Below, piece by piece: positions 28,997 to 37,335 of a DNA stretch of 64,000 nt. Source of the stretch: Bacteroidales bacterium (GTDB lineage: Bacteria > Bacteroidota > Bacteroidia > Bacteroidales > UBA932); assembly GCA_017625725.1 (NCBI GenBank), contig JAGAKH010000092.1:5442-69441 (forward strand), given 5' to 3'. Within the stretch, counting starts at the first letter, position 1; each line of letters opens with the position of its first letter. A program made the translations under genes and the position numbers. Below the pieces are notes generated by a model. The model searched no databases. It was not told the origin of the DNA and saw only the letters and a list, made by a program, of their open reading frames with translations.

Positions 28997-31213
28997 TTAT
29001 AATCCCCAGTCAGAAGGCGAATAGGAATCTTTCGGTGCATGAGGCACATTCGGGAAATATGAGAATCCTGTGATCTTCTCCAGATCGCTCACACTCATCA
29101 TATCCTTTTCTCCTACTATTGTACCCTTTGGGGTCTTGTGGCTTCTCACAAAGGCCGCACACTTGATTTCCGACGAAGTACACTCTGACAAGGACTTGCG
29201 TGTGTTGCCATTCTTAGTACGCATAAGTATGTAATAGAACATCGTAGGGCGACTCACATCACTTCTGCCGCAATATGATATCTTGGCAGCATAGGCTGTA
29301 TTTCCTCTCTTGTCCGTATAATCATCGAAATAAGCACCTATCACCACATACAGGGTATCCGAACACACCTGATGATCCACCCAGTCCTCCAGCGTATTCC
29401 ACCCACCTCCTCCGGTGTTGAATGTTGACGAATACTGAGGAGCTATATTGGAATAATAGAAGACCTGCTTATTGGTTGCAACTGAAGATGTCCGTTCACT
29501 TGAACCAAGCATATGCCCCTTATTACAGTCGCTGCCGGTGGTTTTGGTATTATACTGAATGGACGACGGTATGGATGGATCAGCCCTATATGAATCATTT
29601 CGTCCAGACCCACCTGTGTACATGCTATGTCTTGGAGCTGCCACCCACACAGGACAATGATGCTCCGCACTGAAGCACACCGTATAGTTTCGTGCTGTCT
29701 TCCCTCCCGGTCCCCTCTCTCCTCCGGCACAGAAATGATGGGCATAATACAGATTCGGATCATTACTATCTATAAGGTACGAACCTGAAGATCTGTAATT
29801 TATAACAGGAAGCTCATACCATGCATATTTCCCACTGATTCCAGGAATCGGTTCTGGTTCTGGTTCCGGATCTGGTTCCGGGTCTGGTTCTGGGTCTGGT
29901 TCTGGGTCTGGCTCCGGATCTGTTCCAGATGACGCTACGGATCTACGGTACACGGTCACTTCCTTCTGACCTCCGTCATAGCATCTGAAGCAATTGGCAG
30001 ATGCATTCCACTTAAGTATTCTTGAAGTATATGAAGCATTGACAATCCTTATGTTTCCATTATCATACGACACGCTCCACAAGTAGGTCTTCGTAGAAGA
30101 AGATGGAGCAGAAAGCGTCTTATGCAGAGCATTGGAATTGGACTTAAGACCAAGATAACCATATCCGGGATGAAAAATGCTGTAATAGTCACCGACCTTC
30201 TCAAAAACCATCTTGTATTTATCAGCATCAGCTGCTGGAATACCATCCGACGTCAATTTGGAATAAAGGTCGATGGAAGAGCTGCCCTTATCTTCACTAG
30301 CCCATGTATTGAACGTCTTGACGGAAGTCGAAGTTGAATAGGTTATAAGGTATTCCCCGGTCCAGTCGTCATAGTTCTGACTGACCCTGGTATAATAGAC
30401 TTCATCAGACTGCCACTGCAAGCCGGACACAGTGCCTATATGATTGATGCAGCCAGGCTCAAGTGTAAGGGTTCTGGTGACTTTCCTGGAAGCTTGTCCC
30501 TGCGGGCCTTCAAAAATGAACTCAAGACCTTCAGAATATTCTCCGGGAATCATGGCGACATAATAGACACCAGGTTGCAATCCAGCATCTGAAACAAGCT
30601 TCACAGAAGAACCGGTGTCAGTGTCAGCAACAGCAACCGGCTTTTCCAGAGAGCAGTCAGCCAGAAAATCACCACAAATGGGCTCTCCAGCATTTGTCTT
30701 TATCTCCACAGAGGTTATGTCTCCGGAGTCCTGGCCGATGGTAAAGCTGACAAGACCCAGAATATTATGGAATTGGAAACATCTCTGAGAATCATCTGTA
30801 GACGAGACTGTGAGATTCAGGCCTGAGGCAAATGAACCTGAGACCGCGGTCTGGGTCTGTGGAAGACTCATCTGAACAATCTCCCCGGCCCATTCTATCA
30901 CAGCAGATGCAGGATAGGCGGCATAGTAATGCTCTGACTGTTCGACCTTGCCTCGGAATACAGCTTCAGGTGAATCCACCTCAATATCAGCAACAAACGG
31001 CGACTCCGCCCCACATAAAGAAATCTCATCTCCCGGCTCCCAATAAACTTTCGTGCCATCAGAAAGAACGGTTCTGGTCTCTGAATCAACCGCAATGGCT
31101 CGAAAAGACATATCGACCTTCACGGCAGAGCCCGCTCCCGGCTCGGATGTACATGACACAGATAATCCTGCAATTATAATGGCCGATAACATTATTTCAA
31201 AAAAGCGCCTCAT
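28997..31213 (-). CDS. Lipoprotein: fimbrillin-like N-terminal domain + central beta domain + PE/PD linker + DNA/RNA non-specific endonuclease
   Basis: SVSC lipobox; TRT...WEPGDEI...YAAYP fimbrillin-like motifs; WYELP, RNYT, KGH, YSNIAPQ, FN...W..LE and LEKITGFSYF nuclease motifs. Confidence 0.85.
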   Translation of the reverse strand: MRRFFEIMLSAIIIAGLSVSCTSEPGAGSAVKVDMSFRAIAVDSETRTVLSDGTKVYWEPGDEISLCGAESPFVADIEVDSPEAVFRGKVEQSEHYYAAYPASAVIEWAGEIVQMSLPQTQTAVSGSFASGLNLTVSSTDDSQRCFQFHNILGLVSFTIGQDSGDITSVEIKTNAGEPICGDFLADCSLEKPVAVADTDTGSSVKLVSDAGLQPGVYYVAMIPGEYSEGLEFIFEGPQGQASRKVTRTLTLEPGCINHIGTVSGLQWQSDEVYYTRVSQNYDDWTGEYLITYSTSTSVKTFNTWASEDKGSSSIDLYSKLTSDGIPAADADKYKMVFEKVGDYYSIFHPGYGYLGLKSNSNALHKTLSAPSSSTKTYLWSVSYDNGNIRIVNASYTSRILKWNASANCFRCYDGGQKEVTVYRRSVASSGTDPEPDPEPDPEPDPEPDPEPEPEPIPGISGKYAWYELPVINYRSSGSYLIDSNDPNLYYAHHFCAGGERGPGGKTARNYTVCFSAEHHCPVWVAAPRHSMYTGGSGRNDSYRADPSIPSSIQYNTKTTGSDCNKGHMLGSSERTSSVATNKQVFYYSNIAPQYSSTFNTGGGGWNTLEDWVDHQVCSDTLYVVIGAYFDDYTDKRGNTAYAAKISYCGRSDVSRPTMFYYILMRTKNGNTRKSLSECTSSEIKCAAFVRSHKTPKGTIVGEKDMMSVSDLEKITGFSYFPNVPHAPKDSYSPSDWGL
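29850..29921 (-). repeat. Coding 12-bp/6-bp tandem repeat encoding the DPEP linker
   Basis: Plus strand shows repeated ggttctgggtct / ggttccggatct units; protein reads DPEPDPEPDPEPDPEPDPEPEPEP. Confidence 0.85.
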
Positions 31214-31216
31214 AAC

Positions 31217-31348
31217 CTATCCTCCAAATATATCTGACCAAGAATCATCCTTATTGAACTCATCTGTCCCGCCACCTAGACTGGAACAGAGAATTCCTTC
31301 TGCAATGACGAAGATTTCTTCCATTGCCGGTGTTTCATAACATATCAT
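31217..31348 (-). CDS. Small unannotated peptide, 43 aa (MICYETPAMEEIFVIAEGILCSSLGGGTDEFNKDDSWSDIFGG)
   Basis: Hand translation. Sits between the promoter at 31370-31377 and the lipoprotein ATG, which is 3 nt after its stop. Shares a motif with 34892-35059. Confidence 0.75.
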   Translation of the reverse strand: MICYETPAMEEIFVIAEGILCSSLGGGTDEFNKDDSWSDIFGG

Positions 31349-31369
31349 GACTGCATCTGTTTAAACGCA

Positions 31370-31377
31370 CAAATATA
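31370..31377 (-). promoter_or_regulatory. -7 element (TATATTTG) for cassette 1
   Basis: TAnnTTTG 21 nt upstream of the small ORF. Confidence 0.65.
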
Positions 31378-31408
31378 GCAAAAAGAGGTCACCTGGACAA
31401 AAAGACAT

Positions 31409-31444
31409 AAAAAAGCCACCCTCCCCACATGGAAAAGGTGGCTT
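31409..31444 (-). terminator. Intrinsic terminator after the 31463 endonuclease
   Basis: AAGCCACC...GGTGGCTT stem with a T-tract on the minus strand. Confidence 0.75.
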
Positions 31445-31462
31445 ATATGATGAAGAGGCGTA

Positions 31463-32233
31463 CTAAAACGAGTCAAAGGATGACCACGACGAATTTCTTT
31501 CGACTGCGGTTTCAATATTATCCGGCAGATTTACGAAGAAATCAAAACCGGTATATTTCTCGATTTCATCCACTGACACCGCATAATTGGTGTAGCTGTC
31601 AGAATAGGTCCGATGCTCAAACCAGAAACCGATTGTCTGAGCGGAGATGACTGTTGAGCCAGACATCCTGACCTTCAGTGCCACTTTATAAAAATAATTC
31701 GGAACAGCACAACGTTGCGAACTATTTTTACCAGGAGTAGTGTAGCTGACTGACTTGCTTTCTCCAACCTTGTTCAGTACAGAACCGGTGACAATATAGA
31801 TTGTCTGAGACTTCGCTTCACCCTGCAAGGCAGCCTCGAGTTCCTGCCAGATTCCGCCATTGAAGTGATCCTGAATCTGCGGAACGGAATTGGTCACATA
31901 AAAGGTCTGCAGCTGCATGGCCTTTATTCCATTTCTCGATGCATTCGGAATCACATGGCCGCGAGAGTAATTGCCGGAATAGCTGCCGGAACACAAATCC
32001 GGCTGGCTGCCCTCTGCGAACTGATCATTGTAACTCCAATTAGACGGACGTGAGAGATTGCCCATATGCTTTGCAGAAAGCGGATATGCTGCCCATAACG
32101 GGTGGTAATTGTTCTTATCATATAGATAAGTATAATTACGCTCTCCATCTACATACAATGTATGACATTCATACTGGCTGCCTGATTTCCCGCTCGGGAG
32201 CTCCAGCCAGTCCTGATCGACTGCCGGAGCCAC
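31463..32233 (-). CDS. DNA/RNA non-specific endonuclease domain (beta-beta-alpha-metal); probably the C-terminal part of 32300..34864
   Basis: WLELP, RNYT, YSRGH, TFYVTNSVPQ, FNGGIW..LE and IEKYTGFDFF motifs. No signal peptide, GTG start in GC-rich context, and in frame with the upstream ORF. Confidence 0.85.
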   Translation of the reverse strand: MAPAVDQDWLELPSGKSGSQYECHTLYVDGERNYTYLYDKNNYHPLWAAYPLSAKHMGNLSRPSNWSYNDQFAEGSQPDLCSGSYSGNYSRGHVIPNASRNGIKAMQLQTFYVTNSVPQIQDHFNGGIWQELEAALQGEAKSQTIYIVTGSVLNKVGESKSVSYTTPGKNSSQRCAVPNYFYKVALKVRMSGSTVISAQTIGFWFEHRTYSDSYTNYAVSVDEIEKYTGFDFFVNLPDNIETAVERNSSWSSFDSF

Positions 32234-32299
32234 CGTTGCAGGCTCATCATCGTCCGGTTCCGTAGGCTCATCACCCCCGGCGCCGCCGCCGGATGGGTT

Positions 32300-34864
32300 T
32301 CAGTTTGTATAAGTTACCTTCAAGTTCTTTAATCGAGCCTGAGCTGTAAGTGAAAAAGTAAACGAATCCGCCGGACCTGGAAGTTCAATAGTATAAACAT
32401 TACCCGCTACTGTTGGAGTAATACCAGCGCCAGTCAACGAATTTAGCAAAGCCGTCTTATACTTTGCAGTTCCATCACTCTCAAATTCTATCTTGACTAT
32501 CTGCTCATCCTCTTTAGCCATATTAATTGTAACTGTAGAACCTTGATATAATCTCACCGGATTAGCATAGTCTGCAACATTATTTGAAGAACTTGCCTTA
32601 TCATTAGTAAATACTATTCCATTCTGCTCCCAAACCTGCTTTTCTCCAGAGAAAGAAGTTCTATTTGCTTTATCTGTAAATGAAAGTTCTGCTTCATATG
32701 TTATCTCATCACCTCCGTTAGGATCAACCCAATAGCATACGGTTGATGTGACTGCAGACTGCGGCTTTCCGGATTCAACAGCAATAGCTCTTACTGTTAC
32801 GGTTTCATGTATTGTAAACGCAGAAGAATATACTGACGAAGAGGTTGTCGGATCTTCGCCGTCAGTTGTATAATAAACTGTTGCTCCAGGTGCTGAAGTA
32901 ATCGTCACTATATTATTTTCACAAGTAACAACAGGGGCTGGACAAGATGCTTTGTGAGAATCATAATATGCAGGGCCTCCTACTTGAGCAGTACCATTAA
33001 AATCAGCACGAGTTCCAATAAGGGTAACGACATCACCTTCTTTCAGACCCAATGATGCAAACGATTTATCATTAGAATCTGTCTTAGCACTTGTCAAACC
33101 ATATACATATACCGAACCTGTTTCATCTACAAGATCGAAATTACCGTATGTGGTATTATTCAGATTTGCTATTACACCTGTCAGTTCATACCAAACGTGA
33201 GCATCAACCTCAGCTGCCAGGAATGCAGTCACAGTTGTCTCACCCATCATAGTATCCTCCGGAGCCTCTCCTACAACGTGGCTGACATAAAGAGCATTCT
33301 CCATCTGAGGGGTACCGTTATAAGAGGTTCTCTGTCCCTTAACAGTTACGATATCTCCTTCCTTAAGTTCCATATCAGTATATACGTAACTACCATCAGC
33401 ATCTACAAGACCATAAATATACACAGTTCCGGTCTCATCAGTAATATCAAAATTACCATAATCTGAGCTTTCCACGGATGTTATTGTTCCTGTAAGCTGA
33501 TATACCTGCTCACTCTCTTCTGCAGCAATAAAATCAGCTATTGTTACAGTCTTCGGTTCCTCAGGCTGTACTGGTTCCTGATTACCGCCACCTTCACCTT
33601 CAGTATATGTAACTGTCACCGCATAAGCTCTTGCCTGTGCCGATAATTTCTCGTATGTAATAGTATTAGTTGTTCCATCTACCTCAAGGGAAGATAAAGG
33701 TGTCACGTATTTTTCATCAAGTCCCGTACAATCAAATTCCAGTGCAAGGATATTACCAGGAGCAGAAATTGTTATATTTGAGCTCTTGTAGAAGCGAGCC
33801 GGATTAGAAAAATCACCCACATTAGATGTTGAAGAACCCTTTTCATTAGTGAATGTGATACCATTCTCGACCCATACCTGATGATCAGTATCGTATTCGG
33901 TTCTCTTGCTCTTGTCGTCAAAAGTTAATGTCGCTTTGACAACACCTTCAGGCAGAGGAGCCTCAACCTTATCATACTTAAACTTCAAAGTCTTAATCTT
34001 ACCAGCGTGGAATGTCACTTCCTCAGTGATTGTAAGGCGCTTCTCATAACCGTTTACAGTGAGTCCGAGTTCACCTTCAGCTTCTGCAGTGAATGGCTTG
34101 ACAGCAAGATAAAGAGTGGCCTTTTCTCCCTTTTTAAGCGGAGTACCGTTTTTAACACTCACATTGGCTATATTCTTCACATAATCATCGCCACTATCTA
34201 TATAATCTGGTTCACCATCTTCAAAAGTTATATAGAAAGAGCCCACAATTGATTGATCTGCTTCGAACGAAGCAGTCTTCACAGTTAAAGGTGAGTCTGT
34301 AACATTCTCAACTTCAATTGCAATGACAGATGAAAGGTGCTCCATTGTGATGGCAGGAGTCTTATCGCCGGCAACAGCTTTTGATATACCGTAAAGAGGA
34401 CATACAGAGCCCTTAAGAGCGGCCATGTTGTCATAACCATCCTGCGTCAGACCTTTAGAATGGCCGACATACGCCCATCCTGCAGTACCATCAGCCGGGC
34501 TTGTCTTCTGCTCAGCATAAGGATAGAAAGCATACCAGTCATAAGTTGCTTCCGCCTTAAGAGAACCTCCGAGTTCTCCAATAAAACGTCCAGAAGCCAG
34601 ATCCGCCTCAGCGATCTCAAATCTTCCGTCATTCACATATGCCTCACTACCAGCCTCTGCATGAAAAACATTGATAGAGTCTGCGGCAGTCCATTTAGTA
34701 GACATTCCTTCATTAGCAGTCTTTGTGTCGACTGTGCATGCAATGATTTCAAAAGTACCGTTTACAGATGGCTCCTGAACGGGATGTTCCATCTCTTTTG
34801 CACAGTTTGTGAGAGTGAATGCCGCTGCGAGCATAACTCCCATCGAGAATAGATTTTTCTTCAT
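32300..34864 (-). CDS. Multidomain lipoprotein: fimbrillin-like N-terminus, duplicated beta domain, two OB-fold-like repeats and a CHB_HEX_C/Fn3-associated domain
   Basis: LTNC lipobox; TKT...W...DSINVF...YAFYPY; two YGNFD..DETG.VY.YGL repeats; VYYTTDGEDPT; two QVW..NGI.FTN.K.SS..NV.D..NP.R.Y repeats. Confidence 0.8.
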   Translation of the reverse strand: MKKNLFSMGVMLAAAFTLTNCAKEMEHPVQEPSVNGTFEIIACTVDTKTANEGMSTKWTAADSINVFHAEAGSEAYVNDGRFEIAEADLASGRFIGELGGSLKAEATYDWYAFYPYAEQKTSPADGTAGWAYVGHSKGLTQDGYDNMAALKGSVCPLYGISKAVAGDKTPAITMEHLSSVIAIEVENVTDSPLTVKTASFEADQSIVGSFYITFEDGEPDYIDSGDDYVKNIANVSVKNGTPLKKGEKATLYLAVKPFTAEAEGELGLTVNGYEKRLTITEEVTFHAGKIKTLKFKYDKVEAPLPEGVVKATLTFDDKSKRTEYDTDHQVWVENGITFTNEKGSSTSNVGDFSNPARFYKSSNITISAPGNILALEFDCTGLDEKYVTPLSSLEVDGTTNTITYEKLSAQARAYAVTVTYTEGEGGGNQEPVQPEEPKTVTIADFIAAEESEQVYQLTGTITSVESSDYGNFDITDETGTVYIYGLVDADGSYVYTDMELKEGDIVTVKGQRTSYNGTPQMENALYVSHVVGEAPEDTMMGETTVTAFLAAEVDAHVWYELTGVIANLNNTTYGNFDLVDETGSVYVYGLTSAKTDSNDKSFASLGLKEGDVVTLIGTRADFNGTAQVGGPAYYDSHKASCPAPVVTCENNIVTITSAPGATVYYTTDGEDPTTSSSVYSSAFTIHETVTVRAIAVESGKPQSAVTSTVCYWVDPNGGDEITYEAELSFTDKANRTSFSGEKQVWEQNGIVFTNDKASSSNNVADYANPVRLYQGSTVTINMAKEDEQIVKIEFESDGTAKYKTALLNSLTGAGITPTVAGNVYTIELPGPADSFTFSLTAQARLKNLKVTYTN

Positions 34865-34891
34865 AATTACTTTTCTTTTAAGGAGTTAATA

Positions 34892-35059
34892 CTAAAATTC
34901 CAAGATATCATCATTATCGGTTTCCCAATCCTTGATACCGAAATTATCGACACCAAATCCGCTTGCACAAAGCAGACCTTCGCTCTGAATCTCGAGCATT
35001 TTCAACGCAGGAGCTTCATAGGAAGCCACTGCAGTTCCTGATAAATTCTTAATGGTCAT
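34892..35059 (-). CDS. Small unannotated peptide, 55 aa (MTIKNLSGTAVASYEAPALKMLEIQSEGLLCASGFGVDNFGIKDWETDNDDILEF)
   Basis: Hand translation. AT-rich leader before the ATG; lies between the promoter at 35116-35123 and the lipoprotein gene. Motif shared with 31217-31348. Confidence 0.8.
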   Translation of the reverse strand: MTIKNLSGTAVASYEAPALKMLEIQSEGLLCASGFGVDNFGIKDWETDNDDILEF

Positions 35060-35115
35060 AATTATTGTAAATATTTAATATGTTTGTTTCCTAACTAATA
35101 AAGCATAATATCTTG

Positions 35116-35123
35116 CAAAGGTA
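35116..35123 (-). promoter_or_regulatory. -7 element (TACCTTTG) for cassette 2
   Basis: TAnnTTTG downstream of the carboxyltransferase terminator. Confidence 0.6.
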
Positions 35124-35158
35124 CTGATATTACCTGGGGATTACAAATATTTGAAGAT

Positions 35159-35191
35159 AAAAAAGGTCGGAATATTTTCATGCTCCGACCT
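35159..35191 (-). terminator. Intrinsic terminator after the carboxyltransferase gene
   Basis: AGGTCGGA...TCCGACCT stem followed by a T-tract on the minus strand. Confidence 0.75.
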
Positions 35192-36999
35192 CACACAAAT
35201 ATATCAAATATTCTATTCCGGCAGAACGAAGGCCACAAACTCCCCTTTGGCAAGAAAATCTCCCTGGCCGGCACAGACCGAAACAATTTTTCCGGAAACC
35301 GGGGAAAAACCTCTTCCATACCATAATACGTCTGGACATATGCCATCGGTTCACCCTCATTGACCTTGGCACCGACAGCCGGAGCCGAAGACACATCGTC
35401 AACATCGATCTGCCACAGCATCTGTCCCTTGACCGGAGCCTGTACAGGAACCGCTGCAGGATGCTTCTCCATTATCGCCTCCACATCAAGCTTCGGCATT
35501 TCCACCACCGGCCTTGTCACCACAATCGGTGCGCCGGCCTTTGCCCTGGCATCCTCCAGATCCTTATTGAAACGTTCCTTTGCAACGCCGCTTCTGTAAT
35601 CACGGTATTGTCTTTCATGCATTGCCAGTTCGAAGAGTTCCTCATCATCCTGTCCGCAGTCCCATCCCTCTTCCCGCATCATCTGACGGAACCTTTCAAG
35701 TTCGTTCGGGAATGCATCCTGAGGATTACCTTCGTAGAACTCCAATCCTTTTTCTTTCGCCAAGGCAACAATCTCAGGAGCAAGTTCACCAGGAAGCTTA
35801 CCCATCTTGCCGAGTATCATGTTCCATGTATCCTTATCAATGGTAGTCCAGCGAGGCAGACCCTTGAGTGTATTCATGAGGTTCATCAGTGCGGTATTCT
35901 TGACATACTGACTGAATGGTGTCACCAGAGGCGGATATCCAAGACGCGGCCAGACATACTCAACCTCCTGGAAAAGCATCACCATCAATTGGTCCAAAGT
36001 CAGTTCAGCCTTTCCCTGGGCACGGAGTGAAGCATTGATGGCTCCGTGGAAACCCTTCAGATCGGCCATCATCGAACCCATCATTCCACCCGGAAGACCA
36101 CATCCGACCAGAAGCGAACTCATATGGGAGTTATTCGGATCAATCCAATATCCAAGAAAATCGTCAATGAATTTCTGAGTCAGAGCCCTGACCTCCATAT
36201 AGGCATTCATATTCAGATCCTTGACCTTGAAGCCGTCCGCCTTGAGCATTTCCCTGATAGTAATCACATCAGGATGGACTTTACCCCACGAGAGCGGTTC
36301 TACAGCCACATCCAGATAATCCGCTCCGGCTCTTGCCACTTCAAGCATGGAAGCAGGAGAAAAACCGGGACCGGAATGGCCATGATACTGAACCGCGATA
36401 TGAGGATATTTCTTCTTGATCTGACGGACCAGTTCTCCCAGGAATGTAGGTCGGCCGATTCCTGCCATATCCTTCAGACATATTTCATCACAACCATATT
36501 CCACGACCTTATCTACCACTCCCATATAATACTCAACCGTATGAACCGGTGAATTGGTGATTGACAGGGCCACCTGAGATATCATACCAGCCTTTTTGGC
36601 ATACTCGACACTGAGACGAAGATTGCGGTGATCATTCAGTCCGCAGAATGAACGTGAAATATCAGTGCCTTGAGCCTTCTTTACCTTATACATCAGTTCC
36701 CTCACATCAGCCGGAACAGGATTCATCCTCAATGCATTGAGACCTCTTTCAAGCATATGGGTCCGGATCCCGGCCTTATGAAAAGGTGCCGTCCATTCAC
36801 GGACTGCCTTATTAGGATTCTCGCCAAAAAGGAGATTGACCTGTTCGAATGCTCCACCATTGGTCTCCACACGGTCGAAACAACCCATATCAATAATTGC
36901 CGGAGCGACCTCCTTAAGCTGAGATACAGTCGGAACATATTTACCGGATGACTGCCACATATCTCTATATACAAGAGAAAATTTGATTTCACGTCCCAT
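35191..36999 (-). CDS. Oxaloacetate decarboxylase alpha / pyruvate carboxylase B-like carboxyltransferase, with an apparent frameshift near 35302 (true end probably 35213)
   Basis: RDMWQS, CLKDMAG, HGHSG, LPGGMMGSM and GYPPLVTPFSQ motifs. The biotinyl-like domain continues in the -1 frame. Confidence 0.88.
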   Translation of the reverse strand: MGREIKFSLVYRDMWQSSGKYVPTVSQLKEVAPAIIDMGCFDRVETNGGAFEQVNLLFGENPNKAVREWTAPFHKAGIRTHMLERGLNALRMNPVPADVRELMYKVKKAQGTDISRSFCGLNDHRNLRLSVEYAKKAGMISQVALSITNSPVHTVEYYMGVVDKVVEYGCDEICLKDMAGIGRPTFLGELVRQIKKKYPHIAVQYHGHSGPGFSPASMLEVARAGADYLDVAVEPLSWGKVHPDVITIREMLKADGFKVKDLNMNAYMEVRALTQKFIDDFLGYWIDPNNSHMSSLLVGCGLPGGMMGSMMADLKGFHGAINASLRAQGKAELTLDQLMVMLFQEVEYVWPRLGYPPLVTPFSQYVKNTALMNLMNTLKGLPRWTTIDKDTWNMILGKMGKLPGELAPEIVALAKEKGLEFYEGNPQDAFPNELERFRQMMREEGWDCGQDDEELFELAMHERQYRDYRSGVAKERFNKDLEDARAKAGAPIVVTRPVVEMPKLDVEAIMEKHPAAVPVQAPVKGQMLWQIDVDDVSSAPAVGAKVNEGEPMAYVQTYYGMEEVFPRFPEKLFRSVPAREIFLPKGSLWPSFCRNRIFDIFV

Positions 37000-37160
37000 A
37001 ACGAAGAAAGTATTACGTATCTGACAAATATAAGTAAAGTTTGTGGAATATCACATAATCAACAGCAACGCAATCATTTCATCATGCATAATGCATGCTC
37101 AGCGACAGGGGCAGGAATAGCCTGAAGAAGCTGCACATCTACAAATTATTGCAAAATAAT

Positions 37161-37191
37161 GTTGCAGGATTAAAAAAAATACGTATATTTG
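37161..37191 (+). promoter_or_regulatory. Bacteroidota promoter for tRNA-His
   Basis: TTG at about 37162 and TATATTTG at 37184-37191. Confidence 0.75.
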
Positions 37192-37209
37192 CAGTCCTTA
37201 AACCAACAT

Positions 37210-37284
37210 GGTGCCCATAGTTCAGTTGGTTAGAGCGTCAGATTGTGGTTCTGAATGTCGTGGGTTCGAATCCCACTGGGCACC
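37210..37284 (+). tRNA. tRNA-His (GTG)
   Basis: G-1, acceptor stem GTGCCCA/TGGGCAC, anticodon arm TCAGA-TTGTGGT-TCTGA, T arm GTGGG-TTCGAAT-CCCAC, discriminator C. Confidence 0.96.
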
Positions 37285-37285
37285 C

Positions 37286-37318
37286 AAAGAAGAAGCCATT
37301 CGGCTTCTTCTTTTTTTA
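37286..37318 (+). terminator. tRNA-His terminator
   Basis: AAAGAAGAAGCC-ATTC-GGCTTCTTCTTT followed by further Ts. Confidence 0.88.
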
Positions 37319-37335
37319 TATGGATTCCCTATCAT

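Noticed and set aside
32273-32302. Selenocysteine UGA with SECIS
   Set aside because: The TGA falls in a flexible linker rather than a Cys-equivalent catalytic site, the loop is only about 13 nt from the UGA, and no sel genes are visible. Generic readthrough or mutation is more plausible.
31217-35059. Lasso-peptide/RiPP biosynthetic cluster
   Set aside because: The YxxP peptides have no neighbouring RRE, peptidase, cyclase, radical SAM or exporter genes in this window.
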